A stretch of DNA of 64,000 nucleotides from a virus, in IMG/VR virus record IMGVR_UViG_3300049595_004364, positions 3,322 through 67,321 of that record; one strand, written 5' to 3'. The notes under the pieces are model-generated. The model made no database searches. It was not told the origin of the DNA and saw nothing but the letters and a program-made list of their open reading frames with translations. The position numbers and the translations under genes are program-made. This document shows positions 58,616 to 64,000 of the stretch, piece by piece; position 1 is the stretch's first letter, and every line of letters starts with the position of its first letter.

Positions 58616-58805
58616 CTTCAGATCTTTGTTGGGCTTCTTTACGCGCGCGTACTTTAGCTCTTGCTAGACGCTTTCGGCGCTTTAGACCCTTCGATTCAAA
58701 ATGTGCTCTCTCAGTAGCGCGACGGAGGTCGCCATCCTCGCGTACTTTTTTATTGAGAAGCGCAATAGCTTTATTTACATTATTTTTACGAACAATTACT
58801 TCCAT
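58605..58805 (-). CDS. rpsU: Ribosomal protein bS21
   Basis: 66 aa, 'V.VR.NNV.KA...L.KK....G...R...R.HFE.....R.R...A..R.RK'. Confidence 0.85.
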   Translation of the reverse strand: MEVIVRKNNVNKAIALLNKKVREDGDLRRATERAHFESKGLKRRKRLARAKVRARKEAQQRSEDNS

Positions 58806-59233
58806 TAGTCATCTACCATTACTATGTTAAAATAAAATTTGACATCGTCTTCTTCTTCTTCGACGTCCATGTGTATATGTTTTACAAGCTGTTTAGACAT
58901 TTCCTCGGCAGCTATAGCCATTAGTTTATCTTCATCTAGATTAAACATGACTTCTTTACTACCCGTAAGAAAAAACTGAACTACTTTAATATTTTTTTGT
59001 ATTAGGGATAAAGCCTTAGCATACTCTTCTAGAACGGGTTCTATGTCATCTGGGTATTCCCCTTTATTCATAGCTTCTAGTTTAGCATGGACACTTTTTA
59101 CTCCTTCAGCGTACCCACTAGCCCATATAGGATTCTGGAAAGTTTCCATAAGGAGTGAACCCCATTTTTTAGACCAAGCTAAAAGCTCTTCGTCTGATTT
59201 TATTTCTTTCCATTCTCTTCTAACACTTATCAT
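58805..59233 (-). CDS. Hypothetical protein
   Basis: Coupled ORF. Confidence 0.6.
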   Translation of the reverse strand: MISVRREWKEIKSDEELLAWSKKWGSLLMETFQNPIWASGYAEGVKSVHAKLEAMNKGEYPDDIEPVLEEYAKALSLIQKNIKVVQFFLTGSKEVMFNLDEDKLMAIAAEEMSKQLVKHIHMDVEEEEDDVKFYFNIVMVDD

Positions 59234-59400
59234 TTACTGCCTTTAATAGGGAATGTCCACCCTCTTTTGCGTAAGTAGTGCACTTGACTACGAATAGCAA
59301 TATTTGTTTTTTGAAGTTTCTCACTAAGTTCATCAATAGATAAGATGTTATAGTTCCTCTTCAAAAATATTCTCTGATCTCTGGTCCATTGTTCCGCCAT
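59230..59400 (-). CDS. Small HTH protein (56 aa)
   Basis: Not in the ORF track: MAEQWTRDQRIFLKRNYNILSIDELSEKLQKTNIAIRSQVHYLRKRGWTFPIKGSK. Confidence 0.65.
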   Translation of the reverse strand: MAEQWTRDQRIFLKRNYNILSIDELSEKLQKTNIAIRSQVHYLRKRGWTFPIKGSK

Positions 59401-59686
59401 GATAATTAATTTCTGCTACTATAAGTTCTACGGGGACCCAAGGATATACTGTATTAGTATAATCCGGTTGGTCAGCATAGTCAGCAAAATAAGTGGGCTG
59501 TTCCGACGGAAAGCCCACTTCATAATGTGTATATACTTTTAGCCCATCTTCTCTAGGGTGAGAGTAATGTTTAGAGCTAGCTTGGACAGACATTGCAAAT
59601 CCATCTAGACAAATTATTGGAGTATAATAAGACATATCACCAACAAGTTCTCTATGCATCGCGTTGTAAAATTCAGCTATTGTCAA
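59348..59686 (-). CDS. Conserved phage hypothetical protein
   Basis: 'C.DGF.MSVQAS..HYS.PR...EVGFPS...VY.WVP...I..HGG'. Confidence 0.7.
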   Translation of the reverse strand: MTIAEFYNAMHRELVGDMSYYTPIICLDGFAMSVQASSKHYSHPREDGLKVYTHYEVGFPSEQPTYFADYADQPDYTNTVYPWVPVELIVAEINYHGGTMDQRSENIFEEEL

Positions 59687-59966
59687 TTGCCAACCTTAAA
59701 ATATATTCGATATAATCGTTTAGCTTCATGTCTTTTTCATGGGCTTCCATGGCAAGATCAAGCCACATATAGTCTGGAAGTTCTACCTCTAGAGACGCGT
59801 TTTCAAATGGTAACCCTTGTTCAATAAGAAGAATTTTTGCCTCAAATGTTTCTTCATCAATTTCAAACGCATCATCTTCTAGACAATTACAAGTGTAGGT
59901 TACCGTAGGACCTCTAATAACGCCACAAAATTTATTATCAACATAATTCTTTTCAATTACGACCAT
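59673..59966 (-). CDS. Hypothetical protein with a C-terminal ribbon-helix-helix-like segment
   Basis: 'L...AHE.D..LN.YIE..L'. Confidence 0.55.
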   Translation of the reverse strand: MVVIEKNYVDNKFCGVIRGPTVTYTCNCLEDDAFEIDEETFEAKILLIEQGLPFENASLEVELPDYMWLDLAMEAHEKDMKLNDYIEYILRLAIDNS

Positions 59967-60238
59967 CCTAAACTCTTCAAATCCTTTTTAATTTCTTCTG
60001 TAATAGTACCTTCTGGAAAACCTTCATTGAACCCACTAAGGTAAAAGTCCAGATAGTTTTCGTTTAAACCTCTCAGCCTAGCAACTAGGCCACCGGCGTA
60101 CCTCCAGGTGCAGCTCCAGTCTTCGCCATCTTTGCTAAACTCATTATTGCACAGTGCAGCATAAAGTGCCCGTGCATAATTTATATCTACTAACTTATGC
60201 CTAAGTTGCTCTAGGTCTTTTTCTAAGCTGTGACCCAT
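59957..60238 (-). CDS. Conserved phage hypothetical protein
   Basis: 'YA..LYAALCN...WS.TWR.AGG.VA.LR...Y.D.Y...EG.IT.EI..DL..LGW'. Confidence 0.7.
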   Translation of the reverse strand: MGHSLEKDLEQLRHKLVDINYARALYAALCNNEFSKDGEDWSCTWRYAGGLVARLRGLNENYLDFYLSGFNEGFPEGTITEEIKKDLKSLGWS

Positions 60239-60585
60239 GTTACTTCTTCTTTCAATTCGATATACTCGTGGCCGTCATATTCACATATACGAAACTCAGT
60301 TCCAACAGGAACCCAAAACACTACTAGGTTTTCTACAGCAGAGCTATAATAGGACGGATACGTGTCTTTTGCATACTTAAGTGCAGCATCCCACTTGCTA
60401 GCCAGCACAAGATCTACAAGGGTTGGATCAAATAGTGCTTCTTTTTCCGCTAGTTCGGTAGACCATCCAGCTCCATATCCTGGGGATACTAAGACGGCTA
60501 CTTTACCATCAACAATTTTTTTAGGAACAGGGGACAAAGTGTAACTCCTTTGTGTTTGGATCATGTTGAATTGCACCTGCGTCAA
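60223..60585 (-). CDS. Conserved phage hypothetical protein (true start probably later)
   Basis: 'VAVL.SPGYGAGWST...FDP...W.P.GT.FRI.EYDG.E'. Confidence 0.7.
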   Translation of the reverse strand: MTQVQFNMIQTQRSYTLSPVPKKIVDGKVAVLVSPGYGAGWSTELAEKEALFDPTLVDLVLASKWDAALKYAKDTYPSYYSSAVENLVVFWVPVGTEFRICEYDGHEYIELKEEVTWVTA

Positions 60586-60682
60586 TCCATTGCTGCTGTT
60601 GGCCTCTCATATGAGTTAAGCCAACGAATAGATATATAGAAACGCCTAGTAAAAGTACTAAAGCATAGGTGTATTTACGCAT
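60521..60682 (-). CDS. Small single-TM protein
   Basis: MRKYTYALVLLLGVSIYLFVGL... Confidence 0.5.
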   Translation of the reverse strand: MRKYTYALVLLLGVSIYLFVGLTHMRGQQQQWIDAGAIQHDPNTKELHFVPCS

Positions 60683-60977
60683 AGTTATAATGAAACCTCT
60701 GTGTAAAATGTATGTTTGCAGGCTCATCGAGCATGTATTGTACAGAATCTGGTACAAACTGACCGTAACGTTCTATAAACTGTTCCTTAGAAACATTTTC
60801 TGGAAGGTGACCAAACTCCTCAAGAAACTCTCTAGCGGCACGAAATTTTTCGCCATTCGTGAGAGTACCATCCAAATAGTCATCCTGTCTTGGATATGCA
60901 CAAGTTACAAGAAGGCAGATTGTTCTGCCTTCCCCCGTTGCGTAATAATCACTCGCTAGATACTGCATGCTCATCAC
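60675..60977 (-). CDS. Hypothetical protein
   Basis: 'DYYATGEGRT' motif; coupled ORF. Confidence 0.6.
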   Translation of the reverse strand: MMSMQYLASDYYATGEGRTICLLVTCAYPRQDDYLDGTLTNGEKFRAAREFLEEFGHLPENVSKEQFIERYGQFVPDSVQYMLDEPANIHFTQRFHYNYA

Positions 60978-61479
60978 ACCTTGTTACAATCCACCCACCG
61001 TCCCTAGACTTACCGGGAGCACCGCAAACTTCACAAGTACGTTCGCTCAGCATTTCTGCAAAGTGTACGTAGGCGTCTATAACCTCATCTCCCCCACTGT
61101 AGTAAAAACGCAGTCCACCGTACTTCTCTTTGACCTGGCTTGCAACTACTTGTGGGATTTCGGGTAGGACATCCACAATGCCCAGCTTAAGAGCAAAATC
61201 TAGCAGGCGGGGGTCGTTTCTGGTATATTCGAGCAGGGGCTCGTGGTTTCCATGAGCATACTCGTATAGAAGGTCATTTTTAGCCTTAATGCGCGCAATA
61301 TCTTTGTTGCGGGAATCAATACGGTACTGAATAGCTAGGCAAAGTGTGTCGATAAGATTATACCAACCATTATCGCATTCAAATCCCCAAGCCATACAAG
61401 TAGTTATGGGATCACCATACCGATCTGCAAAGATCAGCGGGTATTTCTCACAAAGTGCTTTATCTAGTTCTTGTTTCAT
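60949..61479 (-). CDS. Conserved phage protein with C-terminal zinc finger
   Basis: 'GFEC..GW...QVKEKYGGLRFY...CEVCG...CDEH'. Confidence 0.75.
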   Translation of the reverse strand: MKQELDKALCEKYPLIFADRYGDPITTCMAWGFECDNGWYNLIDTLCLAIQYRIDSRNKDIARIKAKNDLLYEYAHGNHEPLLEYTRNDPRLLDFALKLGIVDVLPEIPQVVASQVKEKYGGLRFYYSGGDEVIDAYVHFAEMLSERTCEVCGAPGKSRDGGWIVTRCDEHAVSSE

Positions 61480-61509
61480 TGTTTTTATCCAAAAGTTGGG
61501 TTATTCATA

Positions 61510-61550
61510 ATAGTAGCATCAATCTAACCAAAAGTCAAGAACTATTTTTT
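61510..61550 (-). promoter_or_regulatory. Phage early promoter
   Basis: AAAAAATAGTTC-TTGACT-17-TACTAT. Confidence 0.8.
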
Positions 61551-61559
61551 AAACACCAT

Positions 61560-61590
61560 AAAAAATCCCCCTAGTTAAAACTAGGGGGAC
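61560..61590 (-). terminator. Rho-independent terminator
   Basis: TCCCCCTAG-ttttaa-CTAGGGGGA-TTTTTT on the minus strand. Confidence 0.85.
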
Positions 61591-61597
61591 TTATTTG

Positions 61598-62050
61598 CTA
61601 CGTTCTAGTAAACACTTCGTTGGTATCTCGTAGGTGTTGAATTGATGCGGGGACTTTATTATACTCACGGTCAATAAAGCCATACTTTGCAAAAACATTT
61701 AGGATCGTAAAGAATATAGATGCTGCCCAAAGCATCGAACCTTCTATAAGACCGTTAAATGCCCAGGCCATACCTTCATGGACTAGAAGAATCTCTAGGA
61801 CCACAAGACCCAGAGCCAACACTCCGATAACTACGGAACGAAACGTTTTCTTTAGCTCTATCATCTTGCCAAGAGCTTCAGAAAGAAGCCCTGAGAAAAT
61901 TACTAGAACAAAGGTTAGAGCAGTCACCTGTTCCCAGGCAAGACCCTTATCAAGAAGACCTAGAACGCTAAATAGTACTGCTGCTGGAGGTAATAGGTGA
62001 GGGCCAACCAAGGTTATTGATTGGGTCACACTATTCATAACTTTTTGCAT
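61598..62050 (-). CDS. Four-TM membrane protein
   Basis: Four hydrophobic segments; AGGAG RBS. Confidence 0.7.
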   Translation of the reverse strand: MQKVMNSVTQSITLVGPHLLPPAAVLFSVLGLLDKGLAWEQVTALTFVLVIFSGLLSEALGKMIELKKTFRSVVIGVLALGLVVLEILLVHEGMAWAFNGLIEGSMLWAASIFFTILNVFAKYGFIDREYNKVPASIQHLRDTNEVFTRT

Positions 62051-62117
62051 TTAGTACTCCTAAAGTACTGTCCCTATGACAATACTAAAAGGAGCAGTAT
62101 TTCTACTGCTCTAGTTA

Positions 62118-62243
62118 TTATTGTCCTTTAAGGGTTGTCATCAGTAGGTTAATTTGCTCAAGCAATTCACGAGCTGCTTTTACATTTTTTGCAAACTTTG
62201 CTGCTTCTTCTTTCAGCAGAACAAGTTCTTCGGTAACCGCCAT
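62118..62243 (-). CDS. Small helical protein (41 aa)
   Basis: MAVTEELVLLKEEAAKFAKNVKAARELLEQINLLMTTLKGQ; GAGGAG RBS after a promoter. Confidence 0.65.
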   Translation of the reverse strand: MAVTEELVLLKEEAAKFAKNVKAARELLEQINLLMTTLKGQ

Positions 62244-62266
62244 ACGTTTCTCCTCTATGGAAACCT

Positions 62267-62306
62267 AATGTACCCCATCTTAAGAACAGAGTCAAGAACT
62301 ATTTTT
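62267..62306 (-). promoter_or_regulatory. Phage early promoter
   Basis: AAAAATAGTTC-TTGACT-17-TACATT. Confidence 0.8.
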
Positions 62307-62800
62307 CAGTCCCACAAGGCTTCATAGTATTTTGCAAACAATCTGCGACCATTCTGCTTGCGTGCCTGGTGCACTGCATATGCTGCCGAGTCGAAATAAT
62401 GAGCAGGTTTGCTAGGATCTTCTTTACCGAAGACTAGCTTGCCACCGTCCATTTTCATGCTGAGATTATCGGTATTATGATGAAATAGATCTTCATCATC
62501 AAATGTGTTTTGTTCAAAAGCCCAGATCATTTCTGCCATGATCCAGTCCCAACGAGCTTCGTGAAGATTGTCTGTATCCCACTCGTTTTCTTTAGGGGCT
62601 GCGGCTGTAGACCGCAAATTCTCTGGAACATCCTCATCGTCTGTGTATGGACAGCCGTGATTAGTTTCTTTTAGTTGAACCAGGAGGGGATGAATAATAA
62701 GAGCTAATGTATGATCAAGGCTCCATGTATCATATGGGTCTAGCTCAACTTTAATCTCTCTTTCCCCTTCGTCAGGGTAAGGTCCCATATAGATTTTCAT
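62306..62800 (-). CDS. Conserved phage hypothetical protein
   Basis: 'D.YDTWSLDHTLALII.P.L.QLK...HG.P...WDWI..EMIWAF...LF.KYY..LWD'. Confidence 0.75.
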   Translation of the reverse strand: MKIYMGPYPDEGEREIKVELDPYDTWSLDHTLALIIHPLLVQLKETNHGCPYTDDEDVPENLRSTAAAPKENEWDTDNLHEARWDWIMAEMIWAFEQNTFDDEDLFHHNTDNLSMKMDGGKLVFGKEDPSKPAHYFDSAAYAVHQARKQNGRRLFAKYYEALWD

Positions 62801-62982
62801 TTTGTTTCCTTTGTATAAAGCACCACTTTATAACGGTTCCAAATCTTAGCAGCTTCAAGCGCTTCCTCTTTGGTATCATAAGTTACTACACGTTCATTTT
62901 CTGTTACGTATAGTTCATCATTCCCTAACGGAACTTTAATGGCCCAACGAGACCAATTGTCAATCTGTTCTCTTGTTAGCAT
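62797..62982 (-). CDS. Hypothetical protein
   Basis: AAGGAG RBS; coupled ORF. Confidence 0.6.
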   Translation of the reverse strand: MLTREQIDNWSRWAIKVPLGNDELYVTENERVVTYDTKEEALEAAKIWNRYKVVLYTKETK

Positions 62983-63278
62983 TTTGTTTCTCCTTGCGTG
63001 AGGGCGGACAGAGCCTTAGCCCGCTGCTCTTTGTAGTAGTCGCTCTGCGACGCATCGCCGGGGTACTCTCCGTTCCAGCCTTCGCCAGAGGCCATGAAGC
63101 CTGCATCGAACGCCGCCTCTTTGACTTCCCGCACGGCGTCCAACAGGCGGAGGAGGGTGGCGCGGTCGGTGTGGGCATTTTCAGCATCAATAGGGCTAAG
63201 GTAGCCATGTATATAGCCGCCGTCCGCCACCTCATGCCGCGCCCTGATGGCTTCCAGTTCGTCCAGTGTGTGTGTCAT
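62976..63278 (-). CDS. Ead/Ea22-like hypothetical protein (GC-rich)
   Basis: 'LDELEAIRAR...AHTDRATLLRLLD'. Confidence 0.55.
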   Translation of the reverse strand: MTHTLDELEAIRARHEVADGGYIHGYLSPIDAENAHTDRATLLRLLDAVREVKEAAFDAGFMASGEGWNGEYPGDASQSDYYKEQRAKALSALTQGETKC

Positions 63279-63280
63279 AG

Positions 63281-63592
63281 CTATCGTTCGTCCTGTGCTA
63301 TGCAGCTCTTGCCGCAGTTGTGCTGCCCTGTTTCCGAGATACCGATGCCACTGACGCCAATAAACTCGCGGCCTGTCTTTGCATCGGTAATGACATAGAT
63401 GCCGCGCCTATCGTTGTAGGCAATATCGTCAACAAAGACGGCAACTCGCTCAACGGTGAACCGGCTGTTTGTTGTGACGGCCTCCACCTCCGGTGCTGCC
63501 TTTTGCATCTGAATTGTCGGGTCCGGCCCACATCCCGCAAGCATTGCCAGCAACCCAATTGTAAGCGTTTGTCTCATTTCCGTTCCTTCCAT
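63281..63592 (-). CDS. Lipoprotein (GC-rich block)
   Basis: Lipobox LAGC; 'F.DD.AY..RRGIYVITD.KTG.E.IGVSGIGISE'. Confidence 0.7.
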   Translation of the reverse strand: MEGTEMRQTLTIGLLAMLAGCGPDPTIQMQKAAPEVEAVTTNSRFTVERVAVFVDDIAYNDRRGIYVITDAKTGREFIGVSGIGISETGQHNCGKSCIAQDER

Positions 63593-63593
63593 T

Positions 63594-63662
63594 TCACTGT
63601 TCCATCAAACTTCCGCGAGCCTCTAAACCCCGCGCTCGTATTGCTTCCAGTTCGTCAGTCAT
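63594..63662 (-). pseudogene. Truncated Ead-like gene start (22 aa)
   Basis: MTDELEAIRARGLEARGSLMEQ*, same N-terminus as 62976-63278; AAGGA RBS. Confidence 0.4.
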
Positions 63663-63663
63663 G

Positions 63664-63999
63664 TCAGGTTCCTTTCAGTGCTGCGCGGGCTTCCGCACGG
63701 AGCACAAATTCGTCGCCGTCGTTCATCGGATTGGCGATATTTTGCAGCGCTGCCTCCAGTCTCTCGACCCTATCCAGCAGCCCCGGAAGCGCGTTGATCG
63801 CGGCGACAATGAGGGCGGCGTCTGCATCGACTTCTGGTCGCTGCGTTATGCTCTGCTGATCATAGACAAGCTGGCAAACATACTGGCCGGTGGCGCCCGA
63901 AAAAATGCACGGATCATCGAGTTTGTTATACGGTATGTTTTTTGTCTGCCACGGCCTTTGAGTGGCCTCGCTGAGTAGCGCTCGCAGTTCGTCCAGTGT
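63664..63999 (-). CDS. Ead/Ea22-like protein, 5' partial
   Basis: 'TLDELRALLSEATQRPW...DADAALIVAAINALPGLLDRVERLEAAL'. Confidence 0.7.
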   Translation of the reverse strand, partial: TLDELRALLSEATQRPWQTKNIPYNKLDDPCIFSGATGQYVCQLVYDQQSITQRPEVDADAALIVAAINALPGLLDRVERLEAALQNIANPMNDGDEFVLRAEARAALKGT

Positions 64000-64000
64000 G

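Noticed and set aside
62973-63978. Plus-strand ORFs in the GC-rich end
   Set aside because: Expected in GC-rich DNA; the minus-strand frames carry RBSs and recognisable Ead-like or lipoprotein features
1-64000. Stop-codon reassignment
   Set aside because: Conserved genes are full length in code 11 and end in TAA, TAG or TGA; the UGA-anticodon tRNA is an ordinary Ser tRNA, not a suppressor
1-64000. Prophage or integrated element
   Set aside because: No integrase, repressor or host housekeeping context; the tRNA and tmRNA genes are embedded among phage genes

Overview
This is a 64 kb internal segment of a low-GC, lytic, T5-like (Demerecviridae-like) siphophage. The host is very probably an alphaproteobacterium, judging from a circularly permuted two-piece tmRNA with a GGCAGUA T-loop and ANDN...AA tag, an alpha-type bS21, a BTLCP protease and a SleB hydrolase. 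Bases 1-22.1 kb (+) hold the late tail operon: completion and terminator proteins, tail tube, chaperones with a probable +1 frameshift, tape measure, a lambda-like M/L/K/I/J tip, a repeat-rich fibre, and a split LapG-like protease. This operon meets the minus-strand genes at a bidirectional terminator. Bases 22.1-42 kb (-) are a T5-syntenic replication block: nrdAB, D15-D10, PhoH, DNA polymerase, primase, helicase, D5, a split NAD ligase with thyX between its halves, and PC4. Bases 42-50.4 kb (-) are an inserted cassette of collagen-like fibre, beta-propeller adhesin, GH130-like enzyme and TPR-FkbM methyltransferase. Bases 50.5-64 kb (-) carry two tRNAs (one atypical, anticodon UAU), a cell-wall hydrolase with a structured leader able to hide its RBS, D3/D2, spanins, tmRNA, a decoration-like protein, bS21 and many small early genes under a shared AAAAAnnGTTCTTGAC promoter motif. 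The window ends in a GC-rich block of Ead/Ea22-like genes. All product calls come from motif recognition and synteny by eye; no database search was run.
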